Source of the DNA: Psammoneis japonica
Taxonomy: Eukaryota
Direction: 5' to 3'
DNA: 64,000 nt
Assembly: GCA_008632985.1 (NCBI GenBank)
Contig: QPGO01000021.1
Coordinates: forward strand, 558,001 to 622,000
Under the pieces are notes generated by a model. It ran no database searches, was not told the origin of the DNA, and saw only the letters and a list, made by a program, of their open reading frames with translations. Made by a program: the position numbers and the translations under genes. Below, piece after piece: positions 12,845-25,422 of this stretch (position 1 is the stretch's first letter; each line of letters starts with the position of its first letter).

Positions 12845-15800
12845 TTAAAGATGCGATTTGCTCTGTATCCTGCAAGCATGAAGAAGACCTCGGATCGTTC
12901 CTTCATCAATCGGCAAGACTGTACGATCCGTAGATCGCTTGGAATCACCAATCATTTCTTGTCCTTCCAATAGAGGCAGGATTGAATATGCTGGACTGCA
13001 TGAACTCCTTGCAAGACTGGCCACAAAGGCTCCCAGGGGGATAGGCTTCATCCCTGTCTCTAAACGCAAAAAACGAAACAACTCCTTCAAATCAAGATCC
13101 ATGACTGTGCATTCTCTCCCTTCGACTAGGTCTTTTGCTGCCTGTTCAACGGGGCACGCTACAACAGTTCCCAAATTGAATGGGAACATCCCCGTTCTGA
13201 GACAATGAGCTACAAGTCGTGTCAACCAATCTCTTTTATTGCCCCAAACGAGCAACGGCGGCCAAAAACACGTTCCACCCGATTTTGCCACCATTTGCTC
13301 GCCCACCCATTTGCTTTGCGTATAACCATTTGAAAAGGGGGGACTACCTTCTTTTGTACTCATTGTAGAACAGTACAACATCGGAGCAAGTTGAAATCTG
13401 AGTAGCTTCTCGGTCAAGTCCACGTTGGAAGCCTTGAGACTTTGATAATCAAGCACATGATTGACCCGAGCTGCGAGGTGAATTACTTGTTTGTATTTCA
13501 CGTCTAAAGGTATTTCAGTGACCGGAATGACACGTCTTGTTGCTTCGATGATATTCAAAGATTCTTTCGTTACGAGACAAACAATTATGGTTTCCGAATC
13601 TTGCTTCAAGAGCTCCTTAAGAACAGCACGACCCAAAAAGCCAGTTGCCCCCGTCAGCAAGACGTGCCTCGAAGTGTCCAAAGGTTGAGGCGGGGAATCT
13701 ATTGATGGAATGTCTTCGACAAGGATGTCACCTCTGTCTTCTGTATCTATCAACTCGTCCGAACCAAGTTCGTCATCACCATAATGAGTGTCCTGCAAGG
13801 ATTCGAGTGGCATACTCAATAGGGAATTCCAACTCGTAGACATAACTTGCTCTCCGAGGTACATTCTCAATTGGTGCATGTACTCCACAGCTGTGACAGA
13901 GTTCCCTCCATTCTCAAAAAAGGAAAGCGAAGGGTCTACTTCCCGTCCTAGGACCCCGGAGGCCAGTGCCAATGGTTTTCGTACACGTGAGTACGAGCTT
14001 TTTTGTATCTTGATATTGTCGGCAGCATCTTGAAACTTTTTCACCATGGACCCGCGCTTCACTTTCATTGTGACTGTCTTTTCGAATGGCTCATTCGTCA
14101 AGATGATACCTTTTGGACGCATTTCCTGCGAAAGATTGGATCGGCAAACAACTTCAGCATAGAGTTCCGATTCGTCGAGGCTTGCTGTTGAAAATGCGAT
14201 AAGAACCAACATGCCGTGATTGTTCTTCATCACGAATGCATCCTCCACAAGCTCTGATGCTTGAAGGATTTCATCCTCAATCTCCACCAGGGAGCACCAC
14301 TTGCCATTCTCCATCTTGAAGGCGGAAGCCACATCCGTACGACCAAGGACACGTATTGCACGTCCTCCATCTGTCACTTCCACAACATCCTGAGTGTTTT
14401 GATCTCCAACCCACAATTCTCCAATCACAGATTCATTTGATTTCGTGTCAACCCATTGTCCCGTGACAGTATTGCGTACTCGGAGTGAATCTCGGACACT
14501 TGGAAGAATGCGACCATCTACAGCTATACCTCCGACCTCTGTCGTTCCATATCCTTCCGTTACCGGTGTTCCATAGATTTCTTTGAAGCAAGCCATAGTT
14601 TGTTTGGAAACTGCTGCTCCGCCACAGCCCACAAACTGAAGACGACGTCCAAGAAACGGTGGTGGTTTGGTAGCACAGAGAAAGCGCAAAACGAGCGGAG
14701 GGACTACCGCATAGGACGGTTCCAAGCGCGTCATATCTTCCACAATCTCGGAAAGAGATGGCTCTGGATGAGAAAAGCCGACACGTCCACCATTGTAGAG
14801 ACATTCGTACACAGCATTGCGGTCGGATGCCCAGCAAGGCGGCAGAAAGCTCAATATCACAATCGGCGTAACGTTGATGGGACTGGTGAAATCTTTCAGA
14901 AAGGCAGTTCTTGTTTCGTGTATTTCCTTACTCTTACCCGTTGTACCACTCGTAAAGTAGATTGTGTAGATAGAATCATGGTCTTTTTCGTCAAGTGGAA
15001 CGTGATACGGTTCGAACTCACATGCATCCGTCACGTCCAAAACGATACAGTTTGTACGTTGAACAATTTCTTCCTGCAGATAGTCTTCACAAAATGCATG
15101 GCTAGCCTCGGGGATGGTATCTGGGAGGGATGACACTGGTACACCAATTGATGTGATTCCACAAAGGGCACAAGCAAAATCACAAAGATAAAAGTTCATA
15201 GACCCTGCTGGGAAGCAAAGCAAAACTCGATCTGCTCTGCAGGAAACGAGCTGACTGGCAATCCGGAGAGACCGGTTTAGAACTTCATGGTACGTTATCC
15301 AGTCTTCTTCATTGTGTGTTCTAAAACATGGCCGATCAGACCAGTTGTTGAACATTCGAAACAATGTCGAAGCCAAACTTTGTCCACCCGACGAAATCTC
15401 TTCACGACGAGAGATTGCACTCGAATGTTCCAATAGAACTACATCGCAATCTTCATGGAATATTGGAAAGTATGTATGACATTGCTCGCATTGAAGCTCA
15501 TCTTGGACACAGTTCATACAGCGCCACCGCGGATCCGTGACACCAAATTCGAAACCACAAGTGCCGCAACACTCGAATCCCACAACACTACCATCTTGCG
15601 TTACTACTTTTTGTATTTCAAAATCAGATACGATGGCATTATCAAAAGCTGGATCGTCAATCTCGGCAATATATCGTAGTTCGAATGGGAGTGTATTTTC
15701 CTTTCCAACAGCGTCTTGAAGAACTGCAAAGTTGAACTCAATTGCTTCACGAATCGCTTCAATCTCCTCTAGTGTATCTCGTGTGTGACATGCAATGGAT

Positions 15801-16096
15801 CTTAAGTGCTTTGAAACGTGTCTTAAATCCTTTAAGACTGCATGGTGGCTCTTCCTTTGCTTGGAGTTTACATCCAGTTCTTCGTATATGCCCTTGCGTC
15901 TTTGCAAAAGCTCCGATCGAACAGCACCAACGTCGCCCTCATAAGTGTCATTTTGTTTTTCAATCAACTTTCGTCCCCTTTCGTCAAGATTAAGAATCGT
16001 ACAGGATATCTCCCTCACAAGTTGCTTCTCTTCTGAGGTAGCTTCAGGAATTAGGGCCAGGACCTCGTTGGTAACGGCCGCTGCAGTTGGTGTCAT
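12845..16096 (-). CDS. NRPS-like carboxylic acid reductase (A-T-R) with N-terminal coiled coil and ZZ-type zinc finger
   Basis: Uninterrupted ORF with likely ATG at 16096. CCGTC..WRCMNC..QCEQCH..H finger; YFTSGTTGKSK and EGYGTTE adenylation motifs; FFENGGNS carrier motif; VLLTGATGFLG, HLAARVNH and GYTQSKWVGE reductase motifs. Confidence 0.88.
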   Translation of the reverse strand: MTPTAAAVTNEVLALIPEATSEEKQLVREISCTILNLDERGRKLIEKQNDTYEGDVGAVRSELLQRRKGIYEELDVNSKQRKSHHAVLKDLRHVSKHLRSIACHTRDTLEEIEAIREAIEFNFAVLQDAVGKENTLPFELRYIAEIDDPAFDNAIVSDFEIQKVVTQDGSVVGFECCGTCGFEFGVTDPRWRCMNCVQDELQCEQCHTYFPIFHEDCDVVLLEHSSAISRREEISSGGQSLASTLFRMFNNWSDRPCFRTHNEEDWITYHEVLNRSLRIASQLVSCRADRVLLCFPAGSMNFYLCDFACALCGITSIGVPVSSLPDTIPEASHAFCEDYLQEEIVQRTNCIVLDVTDACEFEPYHVPLDEKDHDSIYTIYFTSGTTGKSKEIHETRTAFLKDFTSPINVTPIVILSFLPPCWASDRNAVYECLYNGGRVGFSHPEPSLSEIVEDMTRLEPSYAVVPPLVLRFLCATKPPPFLGRRLQFVGCGGAAVSKQTMACFKEIYGTPVTEGYGTTEVGGIAVDGRILPSVRDSLRVRNTVTGQWVDTKSNESVIGELWVGDQNTQDVVEVTDGGRAIRVLGRTDVASAFKMENGKWCSLVEIEDEILQASELVEDAFVMKNNHGMLVLIAFSTASLDESELYAEVVCRSNLSQEMRPKGIILTNEPFEKTVTMKVKRGSMVKKFQDAADNIKIQKSSYSRVRKPLALASGVLGREVDPSLSFFENGGNSVTAVEYMHQLRMYLGEQVMSTSWNSLLSMPLESLQDTHYGDDELGSDELIDTEDRGDILVEDIPSIDSPPQPLDTSRHVLLTGATGFLGRAVLKELLKQDSETIIVCLVTKESLNIIEATRRVIPVTEIPLDVKYKQVIHLAARVNHVLDYQSLKASNVDLTEKLLRFQLAPMLYCSTMSTKEGSPPFSNGYTQSKWVGEQMVAKSGGTCFWPPLLVWGNKRDWLTRLVAHCLRTGMFPFNLGTVVACPVEQAAKDLVEGRECTVMDLDLKELFRFLRLETGMKPIPLGAFVASLARSSCSPAYSILPLLEGQEMIGDSKRSTDRTVLPIDEGTIRGLLHACRIQSKSHL

Positions 16097-16367
16097 GGTG
16101 GCAGAGTTTTGTGGAGCGTAGGAATTCTTGCTCACACACACGACACACGACTCATGCCTCGTGCTATGCTGTCGCACCCAAGGATTTATAAGTCTGTGAG
16201 GATGTACAAGCTCCGGTACAAATCTACGCACGAGCCTGTTGCCATGCGTGGTACGAACACCGTTAAAATTTGTACTGCGTTTTACGGCAGTCAACGTAGG
16301 GCTTCTGACGGGACGAACTTATCATTTATAAATATTCATGCACATATATCATAGATACCTCGAAGAC

Positions 16368-16451
16368 GAAACGTGATGGAGGGGAGAAAACAGACGGCAC
16401 ACGAAACGTGATGGAGGGGGGATAACAGACGGCACGAAATGTGATGGTGGG
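16368..16451. repeat. Short ~34-bp tandem repeat upstream of the CAR-like gene
   Basis: gaaacgtgatggagggg..aacagacggcac repeated about 2.5 times. Confidence 0.7.
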
Positions 16452-17784
16452 TGCGGGCGGTGGCGTACGTGGATGAAGACAGAGACGAAATGGAATTTCA
16501 AATATGGTAGCTCTAAAATCTGCCGCCGATTGCCAATCAACCCAATCACTGATTGATTGTTGTAACGATGAGTGATGATGTATGCTGCTGTAGTTCGCCA
16601 AATTGTCATGTGTTTCGACAAGCGCTGATTCACGCTAATGATCCACTTTGGGGTCGCCCGCTGGCAAGGATACGCGTGACGCAAAACACACGATGCAAGC
16701 GTCTCGTCCAAAGCATTGTCCATTACTTGAAGCCCGAGAGAAGCACTAAAATTTTATGCATTGCCCCTCATCACTGGCCAAGAATCAAAAATAAGAAACC
16801 ACCTAGATGGGAAAGATAGAGATGGAGAATGATGTTGTTAGTTTGTTTGTCATGCCGGTACTGTAAATGCATGATGCATCAATACTGCTTTAAATGTAAA
16901 CATACCTTATTGTACACATCCTTCAGAAGTAAACTGCACGAGATTCCAGCCCGCTCGCTCGCATTGCAATCGCAGAGTCTCCACGCCACCAAGATTTACC
17001 CCAGTTTTCGGTCCCCGAACGAGGGAGTGCTACTAACCGGCACTCGGCAAGGTCATGGACGTCAATATCCAACCCATTGCACATTATAATTGTCATTATT
17101 CGTGAAAGTATCAACTGTAGCTTGCTTGGTTCAGTCCAAAAGAGAGCGTAGGACACACCACAGCCCCGTTCCGATATAAGGAAGAACATGAGTTGAAAAG
17201 AAATGGTGTCGACACCGACACGAAACTATGAGATATTGTTCGTCCGTAGGGGTGATACGTTGCTCAACAGCTTCTCTATATGAGTTATAAAGACGAACAT
17301 GTCAAAGAAAATGAGTGAGATGCCGAAACAAAAGCACAATTTAATTCGATTGCGACAGAGAGCGATAATGAGTCTCGAACCGTGGTGTCAATACAAAATC
17401 CTTTTTCACCTTACAATTGACCGCTTACCTTCGAAAAAGCAACATAAGCTGTTTCTATATGGAGGTAAAGACTAGTAGATAGCGTTGGTATTGTTGAAAG
17501 GATCGTCAATAGTCTAATAAGCGGCGCTCCGATTATCATGGTGTGTGGTGCTTTGATGAATGATGCGCGATCCCTTGAAAAAATGAGGATATACAAAATA
17601 TACATAAATTTATATACTTTAACGGCGGAGTTATAAATCCTTGGTCGCACCACTCCCAGCTGGGAGGCTGTCGCACGACTGCGATGGACACCCGCGAGAC
17701 GCGACCGGTCCTTCAAAAAAACCACGACCACGCTGTGGTGACTTGGGGGGGGGGGGGCGCGGGGCTGGCACTTTAATTTAATCT

Positions 17785-19440
17785 GTCAATGCCCAGCAAT
17801 GGATCTCGATCAGTCTGATGCACTTGACACACCTGGCCCCACACACCAACAATGCACTGTTGTCAACTTCAGCTTGGTCAAGCTCATTGCTGTGCTGGGA
17901 ACTGGGAGAAAGCCACATCACACGGTGCTCCAAACAAGTTGATGCTCCAGAACATTGAAGCCAGCCACAGGAAAATTCCATAAGATCTTTTGAAATGAAC
18001 GAGGCAATGAGAAGAATGAAAAATCCAAGAAAAAACCCAAGGTGAGCAATGTGGGGGGCACCATCAAGAAAGAAAAGGCCTTTGAAGATGTTGGGGTGAC
18101 AAGCGCTCAAAATGGACATTTGATCAGCGAGACAAACTCAGCTGCAAAAGCACCTCATGCCAAGCCTCGTCAAGCTCAAAGTTCAAACAATTGGTCAACT
18201 TGACACAATTGCACCCACCTCCTGAATGCAAAAAATTTGCTGCCCATTCTGACACAACAACTTCTCTCTGTGTGCAGAGCTGGGCTGGGCAAAAAGTTGC
18301 CATGGGGAATGAGATGCTCCAAATCAGTTGCTGTCATGTGGCTTGAAGTGTTTCACCATGTGGGAGATTTTGATGAATGCACACTCCAAGCATGTTTGGA
18401 CTTGTGCTCAAGACCAAAGTTTGCACTCTCATCTGGAATTTGTGGTGGCTGCTCAGCTCTGCTTGCTGTTGTTTTTGAGATGAGAAAGAATGGCAGAGGC
18501 CACTGGAGGGTTGGCGTTGCACATCAGATCTGCGCGACAATGTGGAGTTGTTGCCATGTGGCCCTGACAGAAGGTTGTGCCCAGATTCTGCATTGGCAGG
18601 CAATGGACATGTGTCACAAAGGAGAGTCACACAGAACAAGTCCCCAGATGAAATGGCGCTGGTGCTTGGCTGCTGGCAGGAGGGCATGCACTGCTTTGGC
18701 TTGCTTCTGCCAAGAACTGCCACACTGTCTTTCCTTGCACACTTGAAAAAGAGTGCACCAGCCATGCAGTCAAGCAAGGCAGCTTCCGCAGGGCAAACGC
18801 CCAATTGAGAAATTCTTGTTGGCTGCATTTGAATGAGGTGGTTGGAGTTGATGACAGGTGAGGGAGGAAGGTGCATGAGTCAAGCTGGAGCTTTGCCTGC
18901 ACAAAAACTCTTGCAACAGAATGAGCTGAGGGCTGCACATTCAGAGGTGATGGTGGTGTGGCGTGTGTCAGAAGAGCTGAGTGCAAAAGAGGTGAAGGAG
19001 ACAGGCATGCTCAGATGGACAGCTGCCTTGCAAATGTGGAGTGAAGCGGAGTTGCTCAAAACAGTCAAGCTGCTGCTGCAGCCCAATGGCAAGCTGGTGC
19101 TCCAAATTCAAATGGCACAAATCACATGCCTTGCCAGAGCGCATTGATCTCCAAGCCAAGGGCTGCCCATTTGTTGTGTGGCAGGAGCATGAAACAAGGT
19201 TGGTGGCCTGGAACTGTGCGGGATTTGGCTCAAGAAGAGTGCAACAGAGTCAAGCACAAAAGAGCCAAGAAGGAAAGTTGCGCGGGACTTGGTTTTCTGG
19301 GCTTGTCAGGGAGGGCTGGATTGACTGCTTGGGTTGCGCTTGTGATCAGACACACCAGGTGCATGCTGGCCTCACATCATTGACATCATCAAAGGCTTGA
19401 GAGATGGGGGCAGCATCAAAGAAGATGACCAGCTCATCAG
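17785..19440. mobile_element. Degenerate repeat-derived block (TpA/CpG-depleted), family unresolved
   Basis: Starts just after a poly-G run at about 17744-17757; TA nearly absent; overlapping ORFs have no Tyr. Confidence 0.5.
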
Positions 19441-20886
19441 CCGCTCTGCAGATTTGGCACAAATTCAAACATGCAAATTTGAAATTTGATCAACTTCACA
19501 AAATTCCACATTGCCAAACCGAAAAATTGGTGAGAAAAAGGTTGAGTTGAGAGTGCAAGAAAGAGGAGTGAGGCAAAATGACAGCAGCAACAAAGCCAGC
19601 ACATGGCACCCAGAAGAGAGAGCCAATCGCCCCCACAATCAACAGCTCACCAATTCTGTGAGTTGTGAAATGCTGCGTCACTGCAGCATGCCTGGACTGA
19701 GCAGTCATGCCAAAATGAGAGAAAACAAAGTGAGTGACTCAAAAAAAACATTGGCACACAAGCAAAGTGGGGGTGTGAAAATGAATGACACACAACAGGG
19801 GAGGTTGGAAGCCACCACAAAAACCAGCAATGCAGACATGTTCGTCTTTTGCCAAACAATGTGTGCTCCTCTTGCGTTTTCATTCGCCACCTTGCAACCA
19901 GTTGAGAAACAGCAAAACCATGCATCGGTTGTTTGCAGCAGCCATCTTGCGAAGGCTCAAAGCAAGCTTCCAAAGCGGGTTTGCTTCTCTCCGCTTGTTT
20001 GTCGTCCGCAACACTCGCCGGCGGCGGCACTTGTCATCAGCAAAAACGCGAAAACTGTCATGATCATTTTTCCCCTGTGGGGTGGACAAATTCTGAGCCA
20101 CATCCTACAGCACTGACCATCCATTGTGCAAAAATTAGCGATGGCCGACCGACTGCACACAGGGCCTCTGTCTGTTCTGCTCCAGAGCAGCTTGCCACAA
20201 ATTCCAAAATGCAAACTTGGTCAATTTCACAAAATTCCACATTCCTGAACAGAAAAACAAGTGAGAAAAAGGACGAGTTGAGTGCAAAAAGTGGGGGGCG
20301 ACAATGCTGGCTGCTGGTGCCCCGGAATCCCCGAAGAAATCCAACAACCAAGAGCTCGCCAACTCTGTGAGTTGTGAAAATGCTGCGCGTCACTGCAGCA
20401 TGCCCAGACTGAGCAATTGTGACAAAAAGAGGGAAAAAGTGGATGACTCAAAAGAGCATTGGTGGCACACAAGCAAAATGGATGTAAAAAAAAAAGACAC
20501 ACGATGGGAGAGGTTGTTGGAATCCACAAAAATCAACAAAGACATGTCTTTTGCCACGTGTGCACTCCTCTTGCGTTTTGCATTCGCTGCCTTGTGACCA
20601 GTTGAGAAACGGCAAACCCACGCATTGGTTGTTTGCAGCAGCTGTCTTGTGCTGTCTTCTCTCAACGTCCGTGACACTTGCTGAAAGTTGATGTCGATAA
20701 AGAAAGAGCTTTTCAATCTGGAACAAGCTTGTTTGACATTGGTGCTGCACGCCGACGGCGGCACTTGTCATCAGCGAAAACTGTCATGACCATTTTTTCC
20801 TGTAAAATGGACAAATTCTACCCTACAGTAAGTACCGACCGTCCATTTTGGCAAAATCAGCGATGACCGACCGTGCGTAGGGCCTA
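19440..20886. repeat. Two tandem diverged copies (~720-730 bp) of a non-coding repeat element
   Basis: Colinear matches at about 19440-20170 and 20175-20886, e.g. cacaaaattccacatt, ctgtgagttgtgaaa.tgctgcg, ggcggcacttgtcatcagc.aaaac, and the ends gaccga..agggcct. Confidence 0.85.
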
Positions 20887-21007
20887 GTACAGTGTGTACG
20901 GTACAGTACGTTGGATGACGGGCGGAGTGAACACCACGCACCACGGACCACGCTGAAAATAAGCGACTAACTCCAAACTACTCGCGAAGAGAGCATAGGT
21001 GGCGACC

Positions 21008-22288
21008 ATGAGAATGAGATCAAACTTCCGATATTCCTTTGTGCTTCTGAGCCTTTGTTTGTCAGCTGTCTTGTGCTATTATTTCCTTGCAGGGAATCAA
21101 ACGACTTCCACGTTTGTTGAGGAGAAATCTAGGATCAAGTTCTACATCATTCCCACTCCGGAGATCACAACAGAGCTGATTGTCAAGAACCAATCTGTTG
21201 CTACATCGTACTACAAAAACTCACTGAACGAAGAGCGGGCTGAAATATGGCTGCATCGAGGGCTCGAAAGGCTCACATATGATCAAGGTCACACCACTGA
21301 TCCGGATGAAGCCGATGTATTTTTTATTCCTGCTTACCTGCACTTATCGCATTTGAGTAGTGTTTCAGAAGATTATCCAAGCCAGTTGATAAAACGATTG
21401 CACAAAAAATCCAAGCCACATGTGTTTCTATGCCCCAGTTGGAATGGTGGCATTAGTCGTAACGTGGGTATCGAGAAATTGGTTCATCATTTTATGTCCG
21501 AAGGAGTCAACACTTGGAGTGTTGGTTTCGAACGAAACCGAGCTTGGCAATCACTTGAACCTGAGCGCATCATTCCCATCCCTTACGTGGTCAACCCATC
21601 GTTCTCAAGAGAGGAGCTTCCCGCAAAGACAACTGAAGAACGCATTGAGGACTTTGTCTTTTATGCTGGGGATTCACGAAAAAATGCCGTCGGATGGGGT
21701 GGATGCAATCGCTCAATGATATTGCCGCTGGCAAATGCACCTAATATGGACGTGAGCCTACGCGACAGGGGCAATCGGCTCTCACAAGAGGAGTACAATG
21801 ATCGAATGTTATCAAGTGACTATTGTTTGATACTGTGTGGAGACACACCGTCGTCTCGTTCCCTGTCATCCGCCATAATCTACGACTGCATTCCGGTGCG
21901 GGTGGGTTCTCGTTTGAGAGGATTATGCGAGCCGCCATGTCACACAGGTTTCGGGTGGCAGATAACAGGGAAGGATAATCCCCACTTGCCTTATTCACAT
22001 GCCGTGGATTGGCAGCTATACCCAGAAGTCGACGAGAAAAATTTCTCCTTGGCGCCTCTTGCAACATTGCAGGACATGATTGGATCAATGACGGCAGAAA
22101 GGAAAGCTCGTCTTCGGCAAGAAATGAATGATATGCAAATGGGTTGGATATATGGTTGGGGCGACCCCGTGACATCCAATGAGTTTGGCGATGCCGCCAC
22201 ATACATTTGGAAATCCATCGTCGCGGAGTTAGAGTCAGATCCGTGGTGGCTTTATGACGACGACGATGGGATGGCTGGAGACATCTAA
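21008..22288 (+). CDS. Exostosin-family glycosyltransferase (GT47), paralogue 1
   Basis: N-terminal membrane anchor; TTDPDEADVFFIP and SDYCLILCGDTPSSRSLSSAIIYDCIPV motifs. Confidence 0.85.
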   Translation: MRMRSNFRYSFVLLSLCLSAVLCYYFLAGNQTTSTFVEEKSRIKFYIIPTPEITTELIVKNQSVATSYYKNSLNEERAEIWLHRGLERLTYDQGHTTDPDEADVFFIPAYLHLSHLSSVSEDYPSQLIKRLHKKSKPHVFLCPSWNGGISRNVGIEKLVHHFMSEGVNTWSVGFERNRAWQSLEPERIIPIPYVVNPSFSREELPAKTTEERIEDFVFYAGDSRKNAVGWGGCNRSMILPLANAPNMDVSLRDRGNRLSQEEYNDRMLSSDYCLILCGDTPSSRSLSSAIIYDCIPVRVGSRLRGLCEPPCHTGFGWQITGKDNPHLPYSHAVDWQLYPEVDEKNFSLAPLATLQDMIGSMTAERKARLRQEMNDMQMGWIYGWGDPVTSNEFGDAATYIWKSIVAELESDPWWLYDDDDGMAGDI

Positions 22289-22469
22289 CTCGACGATTCA
22301 TTCTCTTGATAAGACAGATTAACATGTGGCTTGAACTTCAACTCCTTTTGTGGATCATTGTATGACAATCGACGTTGTTGCGGTGCTCATCAAAGCATCT
22401 CGTCTCGAACAATGGCGAAAACAGCACTGCACGGTAGTAAGAGGCACCATGCGCAGCAATCGCCCCCCC

Positions 22470-23610
22470 CCCAGCAGGCCCCATCACCGCACCACATTGT
22501 AGAGTGACATGACAAAATCGGTCCCACATCATTTTTTCACTGTGGCATTTTTCTCTCAAAGTCAAAAGACAGCACAACACCCACAGTTCACAAACGAGAA
22601 TTTCCATGGGATCAAGGTCAAGCAAATCAACAGCCACTGCGATTGTGCCAGTCAAACAGGAGACATCCAGTTGCTGCCTCAACTGGGTGGTGCATGCTCA
22701 GTTTGCTGCCAGTGTGTTGCGCGCAGGTTGTCAAACTGCAAAGTTGCATTCCTTGAAATTTGCACCATGTGCAACTGGGATCAGCACAAAATGAAGCTCA
22801 CCAAATTTGTCAGTTGGACTGTGGCACACTTCACCTTGAGTCATTTGGGTCATGGCATGAGACAGCCCTCCATTTGCACTGCCATCAGTTTCAACCATTG
22901 TGGTTGTTGCACTTTCACCCTGGCAGCAAGAAAACATCAAAGCTAGAGCTGAAACATTGAAAGCAACCCAGCTGGAGATGCACTCCAGCCCCAGGTGGGA
23001 CTCCATGTGAAGGGGGCTTGCAAATTCTGCACACAAGTTCCACGGCAGAATTGCCAAGCAATGAACACACGAGCGATTGCCAACAGAAGAAAAAGAGAGG
23101 CAATTTTGTGAGTGCATCATCTCCTCCTCCACACTCAAAGCACATCATTTCCAGTTTTCCTGGGTGTGTGCTTCAGACACCAAAGAATGCACCTGCCCAC
23201 TTTTGCTGCCACAAATGAAGAAAGCAGCAAGCCTTTGGCTTCTTCGCGCAAAGCAGGGAGTGCGAGCCGAAGCAATTTTGCAGAAGATGGCATGCAGAAA
23301 TGTGCATGCATGACATGCAGCACAAAACCCAAAAACTCTCATGTCACAGTGCCGAAGGGACCAGGGACTTGGGTTGAGAGCAGGTCGAGGAGAGCGAAGA
23401 GCCGAAAAGCTGAAGAGAGATCGATGGCAATGGCGCAGAAGAAGCCAAGGCCACACCAAGATGGTCCTCAACAGTGAAGGGGAGAGGATGAAAATGCCAT
23501 CATTGTTGAGTGAAGCAACAAAGAGTCATCCATCAGTGGAGGAGGCAGAGGGTCCAAGAAACTTTCATGCTGTGTTCAAAACCGCAAGCTCCACAAAAAA
23601 AAGTCGACAC
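22470..23610. mobile_element. Degenerate repeat-derived block between the GT47 paralogues
   Basis: Starts at a poly-C run (~22463); TpA/CpG depleted; ORFs within it have no Tyr. Confidence 0.5.
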
Positions 23611-23962
23611 CTACTGCGCCGATGCTGTGTGCGTGTCTTCCGCCTGGATGTGCCTTCTCCGCATCAGGATCACTCGCACTCCCAACTGGGAGGTCTGTAA
23701 GTGGTACGGAAGAAGACTGGATCACTCGCAATGGGTCTTCGGAAAACTTTCCCGAACTTTCCAGTCCCGCGCGGGAGAAAGGAATGAAGGTTCTTTTTCC
23801 CAATTTGAAATTTTCTTGGAACTCCCAAAGCCCGTGCACATCCTTTTGTCGACAACACTGTTTCAAAGAGCTAAGAGCTATCGATACCATTTACCATTTT
23901 ATCCGCTTCGTATTTGCTGTTGACCAAACACAATGCACGACGGAAGCCGTAGCCTACCGACT

Positions 23963-25227
23963 ATGAGATCAAATTGTTCCTTCGTGCTTCTGAGCCTGTA
24001 TTTGTCGGCTCTCTTCTACTATTGTTTACGTGTAGGCAATCAAACGTCTTCCGTGTTCGTTGAGGAGAAGTCGAGGATCAAGTTCTACATTATTCCCACT
24101 CCAGAGATCACATCCGATCATATTCACAGGAACCGATCTGCTACCATATCCTTCTACGATAAAGCTCTAAACGAAGAACAGGCAGAAATATGGTTGCATC
24201 GAGGGCTCGAAAGACTGACATATGAACAAGGCCACACTACTGATCCGAACGAAGCAGACGTCTTTCTTATTCCTGCGTACCTGCACTTATCGCATTTGAG
24301 TAGTGTTTCAGAAGATTATCCGAGCCAGTTGATAAAACGATTGCACAAAAAATCCAAGCCTCATGTGTTTTTGTGTCCTACTTGGAATGGTGGCATTGGT
24401 CGTAACATGGGTATCCCGGACTTGGTTAACCATTTTGTATCCGAAGGTGTTAACACTTGGTCTGTTGGATTCGAGCGAAACCCGGCTTGGCAATCACTTG
24501 AACCTGACCGCATCATTCCCATCCCTTACGTGGTCAAACCATCGTTCCCAAGGGAGGAGCTGGAAGAAAAGACAATGGAAGAACGCAAGGAAGACTTTAT
24601 CTTTTATGCTGGGAATTCACGAAAAAATGCCGTCGGATGGTCTGGCTGCAATCGCTCAATGATATTGCCGCTGAAAGATGAACCTAACATGGACGTGAGC
24701 CTACGCGACGGGTACGATCGGCTCTCACAAGATGAATACAATGATCGAATGCTATCAAGTGACTATTGTTTGATTCTTTGTGGAGACACGCCGACATCTC
24801 GCTCGCTGTCATCCGCCATAATCTACGACTGCATTCCGGTACGGGTGGGATCTCGTTTGAGAGGACTATGCGAGCCGCCTTGTCACGGAGGTTTCGGATG
24901 GAGGGTAAGCGGGGAGGATAATCCCCACTTGCCTTATTCACATGCCGTGGATTGGCAGCAATACCCAGAACTCAACGAGAGAATTTCTCCTTGGCGCCTC
25001 TTGCAACACTGCAGGAAATGCTTGGATCAATGACAGTAGAAAAGAAAGCTCGATTGCGACAAGAAATGAAGGAGATGCAAATGGGTTGGATCTATGGCTG
25101 GGGTAACCCCGTGACATCCAATGAGTTTGGGGATGCCGCCAAATATATTTGGAAATCCATCGTGGCGACGTTTGAGTCAGAGCCTTCGGGGCTTTACGAC
25201 GACGACGAGCAAGATGGAGACATATAA
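23963..25227 (+). CDS. Exostosin-family glycosyltransferase (GT47), paralogue 2 (1-nt frameshift near 24980)
   Basis: Highly similar to 21008-22288. gagagaatttc here versus gagaaaaatttc in paralogue 1; the C-terminus continues in ORF 24952-25227. Confidence 0.82.
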
Positions 25228-25422
25228 CATGATAATGCATTATTTCAAAACGACTAATTCTTTCTTTAACACATTGTTGCTGTACACAGCAGATTACATC
25301 GACCCACACGACGAAAGTTGCAGATATGATATCTTTGAAAGTTTTGTCCTTGGCAGAAGCGTGCACCAAGCCTTTCGAATTTGCTTTTTTATCAACGGAT
25401 TCGAAGCCTCGCCCGTAATGTT

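Noticed and set aside
20860..20890. Helitron 3' end (CTAG followed by T)
   Set aside because: No convincing subterminal hairpin and no 5' TC end or Rep/helicase remnant identified
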